DNA from: a virus
Taxonomy: Duplodnaviria; Caudoviricetes
Length of the DNA: 50,516 nucleotides
IMG/VR virus record: IMGVR_UViG_3300032132_000765
Location: 1 to 50,516 of that record
Direction: 5' to 3' (one strand)
The notes under the pieces are model-generated. The model had not been told where the DNA came from. It ran no database searches and was given only the letters and a program-made list of their open reading frames with translations. A program made the position numbers and the translations under genes. Within the stretch, counting starts at the first letter, position 1. Every line of letters starts with the position of its first letter. This document shows positions 1 through 8,880 of the stretch, piece after piece.

Positions 1-1086
1 TTATGCCACGTCGATCCACTCGGCGCCCCGGCTGTCACGGTAGAGCGCGGTCATCGCTGACGACTTGTGTCCGAGCAGCAGTTGCGGATCTCGGCCTTCC
101 GCTGCGTGCAGGCGTGCCGCCAACGAACGCATCTCGTGGAAGGTCGGCGGGCTCGCTCCGAACTCTATGCCGGTGCGGTCCCGCGCTGCTGCAAATGCGC
201 TGGTCAGCGTGTCCAGCATGATCGGCATTCCAGGCGTCGCGCGGCTCACGGTGCGGCTGTGATGCACGAGATGCTTGGACACTACCGCATCTCGGCAGGC
301 TTTAACCACCTCGCCCAACTCAAGGCCCAGCGATTCCAGACGCAGCTTCGTGCTGATTCGCAGGCGTGCGCCGGTCTTCGCCTGGATGATGTGCAGATGG
401 TCGTCGTACACATCCTTGAACAGCATCGCCGCGATATCGTCACGCCGCTGGCCGGTCAGTACCGCAAGCTCCATCGCTCGTTTCAACCAAGGCTGCTTGG
501 CCTCGGCGTAGATCGCCTTCCATAGCTCCAGGGTCAGCCTTTCGCGCTTGACCTTCACCTTCGCGGCCCGCGTCACTTCGACCGGGTTGTCCTTCCGCCA
601 TCCAGCCGCTATCGCCTCGCGCATCAGGTCGCTCAGCAGTGACCGCATTGCCTTCGCCATCTGCGCCTTGCCTTCATCCGTGAAGGTCTTCAGGTAGGCG
701 GCAATCTCAAACGTCCCGATGCTTTCTGCGTCATGGTGCCCAAGCGCCTCGCTGAGACGATTCAGCCTCATGCGCACGGTTTCCTTGCTGCGGTCAGATA
801 CATCTCGCTCTGCGTAGAGCTTGCGGTACTCGTCGATCCATTCCGAGAACCTGCGGGCCGGCGCGCCTGCTATACGCTCAACCAGGGCCGGCTGCATCTT
901 GGCGCCGGCATGATTGGCGTGCACAGCCTCCCGCACGGCCTGCGCCTTGTCTGAGCCAAGCCCGTACCACTTTCCTGACAGCGGGTCACGGTAGCTGTAA
1001 TAGGTGACGCCGTTCCTGCTATCCGTCTTGCGGTACAGGTTCGGCGGCAGGTCTTTCGAACCGGTCTTACGCGGCCTTGGCGCCAT
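1..1086 (-). CDS. int: Tyrosine integrase (lambda Int family)
   Basis: N-terminal arm-binding domain (LPPNLYRK...YYSYRDP); catalytic motifs TGQRRDD, FHEMRSL, LLGH, Y; start set at MAPRPRK. Confidence 0.96.
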   Translation of the reverse strand: MAPRPRKTGSKDLPPNLYRKTDSRNGVTYYSYRDPLSGKWYGLGSDKAQAVREAVHANHAGAKMQPALVERIAGAPARRFSEWIDEYRKLYAERDVSDRSKETVRMRLNRLSEALGHHDAESIGTFEIAAYLKTFTDEGKAQMAKAMRSLLSDLMREAIAAGWRKDNPVEVTRAAKVKVKRERLTLELWKAIYAEAKQPWLKRAMELAVLTGQRRDDIAAMLFKDVYDDHLHIIQAKTGARLRISTKLRLESLGLELGEVVKACRDAVVSKHLVHHSRTVSRATPGMPIMLDTLTSAFAAARDRTGIEFGASPPTFHEMRSLAARLHAAEGRDPQLLLGHKSSAMTALYRDSRGAEWIDVA

Positions 1087-1279
1087 GTCGATCCCTCGCG
1101 ATGCGCCCGGCAAGCGTGCCTGGCTCGATGTACTGTGCGTCTGGCTCAACATAATAGCTGCGCCCGTGCTTCACCGGGGCGGGGAAAATCTTCGCCTCCC
1201 GCGCCCACCGCCGTAGCGTGTTGAGCGTCGGCACCGGATCGAAGTTCGCTTCCGCCCATTTCTCAAGGCTCAATTTCAT
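1067..1279 (-). CDS. xis: Excisionase (lambda Xis family)
   Basis: 70 aa, LEKWA...TLRRWAREAKIFPAPVKHGRSYYV; overlaps the int start. Confidence 0.9.
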   Translation of the reverse strand: MKLSLEKWAEANFDPVPTLNTLRRWAREAKIFPAPVKHGRSYYVEPDAQYIEPGTLAGRIARDRHGAKAA

Positions 1280-1282
1280 AAC

Positions 1283-1486
1283 TCACCCCTCCAATTCCCG
1301 GCAGCCGCAGTAACTGCAGCGCTTGCCGAGGACATTCTTCACGCACACGTTCGTGCGCTCGCCTTCTTCCTCTATCCAGACTTCCATGCGGATTCGCTGC
1401 ATGTCGGACTTGGCGAGGATTTCAAACTGGCGTTTCTGCTCCTGCTCCGGCAGGCGCTTGAATGATTGCCACAGGCTCATGCTCAC
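1283..1486 (-). CDS. Hypothetical protein with C-terminal Cys cluster
   Basis: Tiles the early-left operon; ends CSYCGC. Confidence 0.6.
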   Translation of the reverse strand: MSMSLWQSFKRLPEQEQKRQFEILAKSDMQRIRMEVWIEEEGERTNVCVKNVLGKRCSYCGCRELEG

Positions 1487-1533
1487 CCCCTCACCGTTAC
1501 GCCGGCATCTATCGCCTTGTCTGTTTGCAGCAT
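1483..1533 (-). CDS. Putative 16-aa mini-ORF (MLQTDKAIDAGVTVRG)
   Basis: Strong RBS AGGAGATAGAC-ATG; its TGA overlaps the GTG start of the next ORF; absent from the ORF track. Confidence 0.35.
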   Translation of the reverse strand: MLQTDKAIDAGVTVRG

Positions 1534-1535
1534 GT

Positions 1536-1748
1536 CTATCTCCTAGCGCGGCACTTTTCGCAGTCGCACGGCGGCAGGCCGCTGCTCATGTGCGCTTCGA
1601 TGAACTCTTTTCGGTCGGGGTTTGCTGCGTTCCATGAATGGTCGCCAATGACGTAGGGATGGAACGGCCAAACGCCCTCCTTTGTGATTCGGTCAGGGTA
1701 TTTCCCGTGCGCGCGATACCACTCGATCTCTGCATCTCGGATGTGCAT
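1536..1748 (-). CDS. Hypothetical protein with C-terminal CxCxxC
   Basis: RBS AGGAG; flanked by a 15-bp direct repeat. Confidence 0.65.
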   Translation of the reverse strand: MHIRDAEIEWYRAHGKYPDRITKEGVWPFHPYVIGDHSWNAANPDRKEFIEAHMSSGLPPCDCEKCRARR

Positions 1749-1766
1749 GTCTATCTCCTGCTGCGG

Positions 1767-2114
1767 CTACATCGCGAAGTGGAATTTCAGAAACTTGCCT
1801 TTTGGCAGCGGAATCCAGATTTCCCCGCTGCAGTCGTCGCCGAGATATCCGTTTCGCTGGTCGATGTAGGCGTATCGGAACGCATAGCCAGTGCAGTCTT
1901 CCTTGTGGCCGCCGTGGGTATCAGTGATCTCGAAGTCGCTGGTTATCTCGGAATCAGCGATGTATTCCTTGATGTGCTCAAGCTTGCGCGGGCTGACGAG
2001 CGTTGCCGCGTATGCCAGGGCCTCGTCGAGCTTCCGTGATTGCTCAAGGCGATACGCGGTTTCTGCCTCGTTGGCCTTGCGCATGATCTCCGTCATTTCA
2101 GATTCAGCGAACAT
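1767..2114 (-). CDS. Hypothetical protein
   Basis: RBS GGAGG, 115 aa, fits the operon. Confidence 0.75.
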   Translation of the reverse strand: MFAESEMTEIMRKANEAETAYRLEQSRKLDEALAYAATLVSPRKLEHIKEYIADSEITSDFEITDTHGGHKEDCTGYAFRYAYIDQRNGYLGDDCSGEIWIPLPKGKFLKFHFAM

Positions 2115-2165
2115 GTCTCTACCTCCCTGCCGACTCTCGCCGGCAGGCTGTGTGTTTGGGTGGGG

Positions 2166-2399
2166 TTAGGGGGTTGTGCCGGCTCGACGATCAAGCCAGT
2201 CGGCAACCTCGATGCAGGCTTTGGCCAGTTCGCGCAGCTCGCCGCTGTCGTAGTAGGTCTTGACGTGATCGCCGCACTCATCGACGGTCACGCCCTTGAT
2301 CTCTCTGCTTTCGGCTCGAACTGTAGGGCCGAAGTTGCCGAGAAGCTTCATCCACGCCTTTGCTGATTCACTGATATCTCTATCGAATTCGAACGACAT
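2166..2399 (-). CDS. Hypothetical protein
   Basis: Start MSFEFDRD preceded by GGAGG, directly after the upstream stop. Confidence 0.65.
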   Translation of the reverse strand: MSFEFDRDISESAKAWMKLLGNFGPTVRAESREIKGVTVDECGDHVKTYYDSGELRELAKACIEVADWLDRRAGTTP

Positions 2400-2400
2400 A

Positions 2401-2925
2401 TCACGCCTCCTTCGCAGCCATGGCGGCTTCTCGATACACGTCAACCCGCTCTGCAACCTTCTCGGCATAGCCGCCGTGGCAGTTCACGATAGAAACGAGC
2501 GTCTCGGCTTCATGCACTCCAGAGGAAGCCCACCGATACCGCTCCGCATCCTTCCGCATCGCCTCGACCTCGGCGCGGAGCTGGTCGCGTTGCTGCGCCA
2601 AGACGATGTGCGAGTGCAAGGCGTCTTGGTAGAACTCTTCTTTCACGTCTAGCGCATGTTTCAGCGCATCCCGCTCGGCGGTCACGGCTGACAGGGCGGC
2701 GCTGAGCTTGTTGAAGTCAATCCGCAGGGTGAAGGCATAGCCGGCAAGGGTGTCGCCGACAGGTTCTAGGTATCGCTCCAGTTTCACCGTGCTGACTTGG
2801 CGCTGTGTTTCGCAGATCGTGTGCAGCGTGCGAAGCGGTGCGCGCCGGGCTAGCTCTGCCAGCGTGTTCATCAGGCGCGCATTACTCACCCCTTCCGCCT
2901 CTGCGGGCTGTCTAGCATTGTCCAC
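2401..2925 (-). CDS. Ead/Ea22-like coiled-coil phage protein (start uncertain; possibly the 3' part of an HNH-interrupted gene)
   Basis: Motifs AVTAERDAL and RKDAERYRW typical of lambdoid early-left proteins. Confidence 0.65.
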   Translation of the reverse strand: MDNARQPAEAEGVSNARLMNTLAELARRAPLRTLHTICETQRQVSTVKLERYLEPVGDTLAGYAFTLRIDFNKLSAALSAVTAERDALKHALDVKEEFYQDALHSHIVLAQQRDQLRAEVEAMRKDAERYRWASSGVHEAETLVSIVNCHGGYAEKVAERVDVYREAAMAAKEA

Positions 2926-3424
2926 TGTAGAACTCCCCGTGCAGCTGCTGACGAAGTTGGTTTGCATAGTGCGCGGCCTCATCTAGTGTCTTGAGTGTTT
3001 TCTGATGGGTTTTGCCATTGGCCTTTATCGAAACGATGAAGCTGCCGTTCGGCTTTTGGTGAACGCACCTGACGCCTAGCTTGTTGTTCCGCTGGACGCC
3101 GCAGTTCATCTTGTTTTGTCCGTTGTCACACAGTCTGAGATTTTCCCAGCGGTTATCTGTCTTTATGCGGTTTCGGTGATCGATCATGTTTTCAGGCCAC
3201 ACGCCTGTCATGTACAGCCAGGCCAGCCGATGGGCCAAATAGCGCCTGCCATCAATCTTGATTGAGAGGTGTCCGTAGCTGTCGAGCGATCCAGCGACGG
3301 AGCCAAGCGGACGTCTGTTTTTTGCTTCGATCTTAATCCAGGTGAAAACGCCAGTATCTGGGTCGTAATTGAGGCATTCGCGTAGCCTCTTAAGCAGCTC
3401 CCGATCAACCAATACCTTGCTCAT
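2912..3424 (-). CDS. HNH homing endonuclease (HNH_3 with AP2-like C-terminus)
   Basis: [39 protein letters not shown]. Confidence 0.9.
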   Translation of the reverse strand: MSKVLVDRELLKRLRECLNYDPDTGVFTWIKIEAKNRRPLGSVAGSLDSYGHLSIKIDGRRYLAHRLAWLYMTGVWPENMIDHRNRIKTDNRWENLRLCDNGQNKMNCGVQRNNKLGVRCVHQKPNGSFIVSIKANGKTHQKTLKTLDEAAHYANQLRQQLHGEFYSGQC

Positions 3425-4599
3425 TCAACTGCCTCCAATGCCGTAGCCGGGTAAATCTGCACGCTGTTGCGATGGGCGCTGCTCTCGACTGCGTAGCCCT
3501 CCTTGGTCTGCTCGGTCGAGTACCAGCCAACCACGCGACCAACCCACTCGCTGCCGGTGGACTTCTTCACGAGGTCGCCCATGCGGAACTTGCCTTGCGG
3601 GGCGGTCTGCGCGATGAGGGCGGCGAAGTTCGGCTCGGGATCGACAGCAAGGATTGTCCATGACCCGTCACTCTCTTCCTGAACCCCTGCAACTTTGCAG
3701 AAGAGTCGGTTGAATGCGTCATCATCACCGGTTGATACGTCAACGCTAACGGTCATCTTCTCGACAAGATCAAGGCAGTTGCTGAGAACCGGCTGCTGCT
3801 CGGTCTGCGCGATGGGGGCGGAGTAGAGGTTGTGCGTCTGATGCTCGCGCTTATTCCGCATAGATCGTAGCCAGTCCTTGTCGCGGACCTGCACGGCGTA
3901 TTCACCGTCGGCCCCGATTTCGAGCAGGAAGGCAGGCTGCTGCTCGGTCTGCGCGATGGGGGCGGCGTTATCGGCTAACTCTTTCGCAGCTGCATACAGG
4001 TTCGCAAAGTTCCCTCGGCGCGCCTCATCACGCCCATGCCAGTAGCGGCACTCTTCCATGATCAGGTCGAGGATTTGCTGCGCTGCTGAAGGCTGCTGCT
4101 CGGTCTGCGCGGGGCGTGTGTCTAGCGCAGAGCGGGCCTTCCATGCGAACCATGCTGCCTCGGCATTCGCCCAGATATAGACGCCGCCCTGTCGATCCAG
4201 GCGAATATCCTCTGGTGCGTTTTCGTCCGTATCGTCGTAGTCCTCGCGAACGGCTGTGTTGTGCTGCATAACCCACGCCTCAAACGTTTTCCGCTCATCC
4301 TGCGCCGCTGCTTGCTCTACTGCCGCCTGCCCATCCCTGAACCCCTGCGCTGCGGCTGTGGCCATGTCGACGGCGGTGTATGCCTCGGTGGTTTCGGCTG
4401 GGTCCGCCTGCTGGGATAGGGCGCCTTTAAGCCGATCGGCCAGCGTTATCATGGCGAGGTGCAGATCAGTTGCATCTCCATAATGCGCCGCTTGGCACGC
4501 GATCACTTCGCGCAACAGCCCGTGCAGCTTTTCGTTCTCCGCCTTCGCAGCCCCCAGCTCAGCGCCGATTCGCCCGGCTGCCTTCAGTGTGTCGTTCAT
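3421..4599 (-). CDS. Modular protein with internal repeats and a C-terminal DfrB (type II/R67 DHFR)-like domain
   Basis: C-terminus [52 protein letters not shown] closely matches the R67 DHFR core, including GWY, EGYAVES and VQIY. Confidence 0.88.
   Translation of the reverse strand: MNDTLKAAGRIGAELGAAKAENEKLHGLLREVIACQAAHYGDATDLHLAMITLADRLKGALSQQADPAETTEAYTAVDMATAAAQGFRDGQAAVEQAAAQDERKTFEAWVMQHNTAVREDYDDTDENAPEDIRLDRQGGVYIWANAEAAWFAWKARSALDTRPAQTEQQPSAAQQILDLIMEECRYWHGRDEARRGNFANLYAAAKELADNAAPIAQTEQQPAFLLEIGADGEYAVQVRDKDWLRSMRNKREHQTHNLYSAPIAQTEQQPVLSNCLDLVEKMTVSVDVSTGDDDAFNRLFCKVAGVQEESDGSWTILAVDPEPNFAALIAQTAPQGKFRMGDLVKKSTGSEWVGRVVGWYSTEQTKEGYAVESSAHRNSVQIYPATALEAVE
3603..4111. repeat. 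Four in-frame direct repeats (encoding [14 protein letters not shown] linkers) separating unique segments
   Basis: GGCTGCTGCTCGGTCTGCGCGATGGGGGCGG identical at 3791-3821 and 3935-3965; 21-bp copy at 4091-4111; 23-bp copy with 1 mismatch at 3603-3625; periods 198, 144, 156 bp. Confidence 0.92.
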
Positions 4600-5006
4600 T
4601 GCTCAATCTCCTTGATTGTGGCCAGCGGCAGCCCGCTCATTGCCAGCGGCTCGTCGTAGCAGACGCCCATCATCTCGGGCCATTTGCGAGGCTCGCCGGG
4701 TTTGATGACGCCTTGGTCGTGTGCGCGATCCCATGAAAGGCGATGCCGGATGACCTGATACAAGTCCCACGCAACGCCATCCTCTCGGCGCTTTGTGGCC
4801 TCCGGCATCAGCGTGTTCGCCAGGCGCTGTATCTCGTGCCGCGTGGCGTGGACCTGCTCCCAGTCGCGCCGGTCGTAGAAGCCCGGCAGACGCTCAATGG
4901 CGTGGTCGATCTGGCCGATCTTGATCCGCGCCAGTAGCTCGCAGGCCTCTTGCAGCTCTGCTGCCTGGCGCTCGGTTACGGTGATGGTGTAGGTGCGATC
5001 AGTCAC
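4596..5006 (-). CDS. Hypothetical protein
   Basis: Start and stop both overlap the neighbouring genes. Confidence 0.8.
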   Translation of the reverse strand: MTDRTYTITVTERQAAELQEACELLARIKIGQIDHAIERLPGFYDRRDWEQVHATRHEIQRLANTLMPEATKRREDGVAWDLYQVIRHRLSWDRAHDQGVIKPGEPRKWPEMMGVCYDEPLAMSGLPLATIKEIEQ

Positions 5007-5242
5007 GGAGCGATCCTCCGAAGAGGCTCACGCGGCGCAATGCGCGGCTCGACGTCGATGAAACCGGAGCCTCGGAAGTCGCCATCGGTAGCGTGGGCCA
5101 TGTCCACCTCAAGGCGCGCCGTGGCATTCACTTCGGCCGCGACCTGGGCAACAGCCTTTGCTTGTTCAATCGAGTAGGTGCCGGCTAGCACGCCCTCCAT
5201 CGTCTTGCCGAGGATGGCGCGCAGATCACTTAGGTTGTTCAT
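5003..5242 (-). CDS. Hypothetical protein
   Basis: Coupled to its neighbours; lies directly after the HNH gene. Confidence 0.75.
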   Translation of the reverse strand: MNNLSDLRAILGKTMEGVLAGTYSIEQAKAVAQVAAEVNATARLEVDMAHATDGDFRGSGFIDVEPRIAPREPLRRIAP

Positions 5243-5972
5243 GGTGCTGCTCCAGTTTGTTGAGCTTCCGCTTGAACCAGCCGAGCGTTATGGCGGTTGA
5301 GCGGTATTCCTCGCCGTAGCGGGCGATGGTGTTGCGCCTCATGTTCTCGGCGCGCGTGATGCACTCCAGACGATCGAGTGTGATTTCCTCTGGGTTGGCC
5401 GTTTGCTGGCCTGGCCGGAAGATGACAATGTGCCCGCCAGGCACTGGCCCGTTGGCCGCCTCCCACGCGAGGCGGTGTAGCGCGACCCATCGGCGCGCCG
5501 GGTAAACGCTCTGGTCGTCAGAGATCTTCTGCTCGAGGTAGCCGTCCTTGCTCAGCCGCAGGCTTCCGATGGGGCGATAGTTGCGGGATTCTTCTGGTCT
5601 TCTGCCGGGCTTGAATTGCGTTTCGGCTGCCCGGCCGCCCGCATTCCATCCCTTCAGGCCGGCGTTCCAAGGGGCTGCGCCTTTCTTAAATCGCGTCTTG
5701 GTGCCAGGGTTGTCCTCCCGGCGTAGACGGCAGGCGTGCGGCCCGGCCAGGTATTCAGCCGTCTTGCTCAGCTCAAGCAACTTGGCGCGGCTGTAAATAG
5801 AGCGATCCGAGCGGCCTAGCAGCTCCTGCATGAATGCCATGGGTTTGTGTGGGTAGTGCTCGCGCATCAGCGCGTCTTCGCCCAGCGTCCATGGCTTCTT
5901 GATGCATCGTCTCGGCTTTGCCTGCCTGGCACGGCTCAGCGCCTCTAGCGCAACCTGACTCAAACTGCTCAT
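5226..5972 (-). CDS. HNH endonuclease with NUMOD-like repeats
   Basis: TRFKKG and TQFKPG repeats; HRLAWEAANGPVPGGH...LECITRAENMRRN; start MSSLSQ after AGGAGGAG. Confidence 0.82.
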   Translation of the reverse strand: MSSLSQVALEALSRARQAKPRRCIKKPWTLGEDALMREHYPHKPMAFMQELLGRSDRSIYSRAKLLELSKTAEYLAGPHACRLRREDNPGTKTRFKKGAAPWNAGLKGWNAGGRAAETQFKPGRRPEESRNYRPIGSLRLSKDGYLEQKISDDQSVYPARRWVALHRLAWEAANGPVPGGHIVIFRPGQQTANPEEITLDRLECITRAENMRRNTIARYGEEYRSTAITLGWFKRKLNKLEQHHEQPK

Positions 5973-5980
5973 GACTCCTC

Positions 5981-6181
5981 CTACGCTGCCCATCGGGTGC
6001 GGTACTGAACGATGTCGCGGACGGTGCTCATGCCGCACCCGTAGCGCTTGGCTAGAGCTGGATAGCCGCCAATTCCAGCGGCGTAGTCGGCACGTATCGC
6101 GGCGACTTGGGCGTCAGTGAGCTTGGCGCGCTGATGCCACTCGCCGATGCGGTGGCCGGTGTGGTTGCGCTTGCCGGTCAT
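5981..6181 (-). CDS. Small helix-turn-helix protein
   Basis: GEWHQRAKLTDAQVAAIR...LAKRYGCGMSTVRDIV. Confidence 0.75.
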   Translation of the reverse strand: MTGKRNHTGHRIGEWHQRAKLTDAQVAAIRADYAAGIGGYPALAKRYGCGMSTVRDIVQYRTRWAA

Positions 6182-6456
6182 TTCTTCCGCCTCCCGTGCG
6201 TCGTGGCTGTCCAGCCGGCGCTGGCTACCTGGTTGCCGTGGTCAGCGATAAGGCTGTCGATCAGGGCGCCCATGTAGGCGACTAGGCCAGTGACTGTTTC
6301 ACCACGGGCCGTCGCGCTGTGCGTGTGCTTCTCGCCGTTGGGCAGCACGAACCACGCGCTAGCGTTCCAGTCGGAAGGGCGCCGGGGCTCAGTGCCGCGA
6401 ACAACTGGCCGCGACACTCGGTTGTCGATGGAGTAGAGCGTCACGATGCAGCTCAT
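6178..6456 (-). CDS. Hypothetical protein
   Basis: ATGA overlap at both ends. Confidence 0.7.
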   Translation of the reverse strand: MSCIVTLYSIDNRVSRPVVRGTEPRRPSDWNASAWFVLPNGEKHTHSATARGETVTGLVAYMGALIDSLIADHGNQVASAGWTATTHGRRKK

Positions 6457-6611
6457 GGCTGGCATACCTCCAGCAGGTTGTCCGAACTGAGGCGCCCTAG
6501 CGGCGCGGCTATGAAACGGTCTTTGTCATGCACTACGCACCATGGCTTCCCTGTGCTGGATGCCTGTGCCGCTGCGTGAATGATTGCGTCGAGCGCTTCG
6601 CTGAATCTCAT
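6453..6611 (-). CDS. Small hypothetical protein (52 aa, MRFSEALDAII...)
   Basis: Translated by hand; ATGA overlaps at both ends; absent from the ORF track. Confidence 0.65.
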   Translation of the reverse strand: MRFSEALDAIIHAAAQASSTGKPWCVVHDKDRFIAAPLGRLSSDNLLEVCQP

Positions 6612-6835
6612 GCCATCTGCTCCAGTGCCCTGCGGGCGAATGCCGCCAGCTCACGCTTCGGATCGCGCCGGCGCTTGAGTACGGTCGTCGGGTCGTGCCA
6701 GCGCTTGCGCTCAATCGGCTTCACTTCGCGGAAGCCTTCGACCTGCTGGATGGGTACGCCTGATTCGGCGACGAGTCGTGAAAGCCAGGCAGCATCAGCC
6801 GCCCGGCCCGCTGGGGTTAGGTTGCAAAATGTCAT
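6608..6835 (-). CDS. Hypothetical protein
   Basis: Follows ssb; coupled to the downstream ORF. Confidence 0.6.
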   Translation of the reverse strand: MTFCNLTPAGRAADAAWLSRLVAESGVPIQQVEGFREVKPIERKRWHDPTTVLKRRRDPKRELAAFARRALEQMA

Positions 6836-6879
6836 GAGTGTGTACCGGGGAGGAGGGCGCGCTGGGCGCCCGGGGTGGA

Positions 6880-7335
6880 TCAGTAGTTGATGCCGTAGTC
6901 GTCGTAATCCGGCATGGAGTTGTCCGCCTGACGTTGCGTCTGCTGCGGGCGCTGGGCTTGTTGCTGGCGTGGCTGCGACTGCTGGCTATCTGGCTTTCCG
7001 CCGAGCAGCTGAAGTGTGCCGTTCATGTCCACCACAATCTCTGTGGTGTAGCGCTTCACGCCGTCCTTTTCCCATTCACGAGTCTGCAGCCGGCCTTCGA
7101 TGTAGCACTGCGAGCCCTTACGCAGGTACTCGCCAGCGATCTCTGCGACCTTTCCGAAGAAGACGATGCGTGACCACTCAGTACGCTCCTGCAGCTGGCC
7201 GGTCTGTTTGTCCTTCCAGCTGTCGGTAGTGGCAAGGGTTATGTTCGTCACCGCGTTACCATTTGGCATGTAGCGCGTTTCTGGGTCACCGCCGACGTTG
7301 CCGATCAGGATGACTTTATTGATACCTCTGGCCAT
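6880..7335 (-). CDS. ssb: Single-stranded DNA-binding protein
   Basis: [22 protein letters not shown]...[20 protein letters not shown]. Confidence 0.97.
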   Translation of the reverse strand: MARGINKVILIGNVGGDPETRYMPNGNAVTNITLATTDSWKDKQTGQLQERTEWSRIVFFGKVAEIAGEYLRKGSQCYIEGRLQTREWEKDGVKRYTTEIVVDMNGTLQLLGGKPDSQQSQPRQQQAQRPQQTQRQADNSMPDYDDYGINY

Positions 7336-7356
7336 GGTGGCTCCTTGGTTGTTGGG

Positions 7357-7974
7357 TTAGGCGGCAATGCCCATGACCCGATTCATGCGCTCTTCGAGCA
7401 GTTCGTAGAAGGTGGAGACGCGCTCGCTGATCTTGCGAATCAGCGCCTCGTCGCGGTAGGCGCGTTTGACGAAGAGCGGCATGCCGGGCCAGTAGGAAAC
7501 GAAGTCGATCCACTCCCGATCGGATACCCACAGCCCGCCCTGGCACTGCGCGACGTGCTCCTTTGGAATCTCGCCGGCCAGGATCACACCGACCTGAAAC
7601 TTCGGCAGCTTCGTCTTAATCTCGGTGAGGCCGTTGGCACCGACCAGCGAGTCCGGCGAATAGCCGATGCCGTGATTCAGGATGATGGCCACCTGTTCCG
7701 TGGCGACCTCTTCACGCGACTCGTACAGGCCGCGGGCGACTGCTTCCAGCTCATGCCCGCGCTCGGTGTGGCGGTTGCCGCTGAACGGGTCCGCGGCCTC
7801 GCCTGTGATCCGCTCGCCGATCAGCGTGTCCATGTAGGTGAAGGCGCCAGCCCCGAAGCCGGCCTCGCCCTTGCCGTTGACCAGCAGGCAATCCAGTTCG
7901 GAGCAGGTCACGATACCCAGGCGCAGGGCCAGCCAATCGGCCGACCCCTGCTCTACGTCACGAATTATCTGCAT
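7357..7974 (-). CDS. Lambda-exonuclease / YqaJ-family nuclease
   Basis: QGSADWLALRLG, GHELE, YSPDSL, EIK, QCQGGLWV. Confidence 0.93.
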   Translation of the reverse strand: MQIIRDVEQGSADWLALRLGIVTCSELDCLLVNGKGEAGFGAGAFTYMDTLIGERITGEAADPFSGNRHTERGHELEAVARGLYESREEVATEQVAIILNHGIGYSPDSLVGANGLTEIKTKLPKFQVGVILAGEIPKEHVAQCQGGLWVSDREWIDFVSYWPGMPLFVKRAYRDEALIRKISERVSTFYELLEERMNRVMGIAA

Positions 7975-8722
7975 TGCCTGACTCCTTGGCCTTGTTGGCC
8001 GACTTGGTTAGCGCTGCCAGCACGTGGTCAAACATGGCCTTTTCAACTGCGGCTGGCGTGCCGTGTAGTGCGGCGAACGACTCCTTGGCCTTGTCACTGC
8101 ACTGTTCGAGCAGCATCGCCAGCTGAGCGGCCTGCACTGAAGTCACACGCGCCGTCACCGTTGCGCTGTTTCCGTCGTCATCCTCGCCAGTCGTAGTGAA
8201 GTTCAGCAGCGCGCCGGCCGTGTAGCGTTTGCCGTAGCTGACGCTGGAGGCCACGGCCTGAACGCCGTTCTTGTTGCCGCTGACATCGGCCGGAAGCAGT
8301 AGGGATGTCGTTTCTCGGTGCCCGGCGCGATGGCTTAGCACGCCTTCAACCTCGATGCCCTTATCGTTTCGCGGAGTGCGGAATGTGATGGCGAAGCCGT
8401 GTCGAGCCAGAACCGGCTTGATGACCTCATTGATGTCTTCCCAAAGCGCGTAGGTGCTTTGGATGCGGCCGCTCTTGTCCTTGATGCCGCCGCGCTCACC
8501 GATGACGGGCAGCTCTTCCTGCATCTGAGCCAGCGCCTCGTCGTACTGCTGTTTTGCCTGCTGAGCCTGGAAGCGCTCGTGCATCGCCATCAGCCGCTCC
8601 ATCTTGTCGATGTCAGCGTTCGGGCTCATGGCGACTTGCTGGATGATCTGCAGGATGGTGGCCGACTCGCCGGCCTTCGTAACGGCAGTGTTCTCCTGCC
8701 GCTGGGCAATTGCTGTGCTCAT
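7958..8722 (-). CDS. erf: ERF-family ssDNA-annealing recombinase
   Basis: QAVASSVSYGKRYTAGALLNFTTTGEDDDG, the ERF signature. Confidence 0.9.
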   Translation of the reverse strand: MSTAIAQRQENTAVTKAGESATILQIIQQVAMSPNADIDKMERLMAMHERFQAQQAKQQYDEALAQMQEELPVIGERGGIKDKSGRIQSTYALWEDINEVIKPVLARHGFAITFRTPRNDKGIEVEGVLSHRAGHRETTSLLLPADVSGNKNGVQAVASSVSYGKRYTAGALLNFTTTGEDDDGNSATVTARVTSVQAAQLAMLLEQCSDKAKESFAALHGTPAAVEKAMFDHVLAALTKSANKAKESGNADNS

Positions 8723-8724
8723 GC

Positions 8725-8880
8725 TCAACCTCCGAATAGGTAGTAAATCGCCGCCTCACTGAAGAGACCGACGATCAGCGTTGCCGAAAGGACGCCGAAC
8801 CCGGTAAGGGTCCACCACGCTGCTGCGAATGAGTGGCCAGTGGGGGGGTCGTCGTGGGGGAGGGATTGGGTGCTGTTCAT
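8725..8880 (-). CDS. Small membrane protein (51 aa)
   Basis: Hand translation MNSTQSLPHDDPPTGHSFAAAWWTLTGFGVLSATLIVGLFSEAAIYYLFGG; ATGA overlap with the upstream gene. Confidence 0.65.
   Translation of the reverse strand: MNSTQSLPHDDPPTGHSFAAAWWTLTGFGVLSATLIVGLFSEAAIYYLFGG

Noticed and set aside
3603..4111. CRISPR array
   Set aside because: Spacers are over 110 bp, unequal and in frame within a coding gene; no cas genes or leader
7345..8196. 283-aa plus-strand ORF
   Set aside because: Antisense to the exonuclease and ERF genes, which have clear motifs
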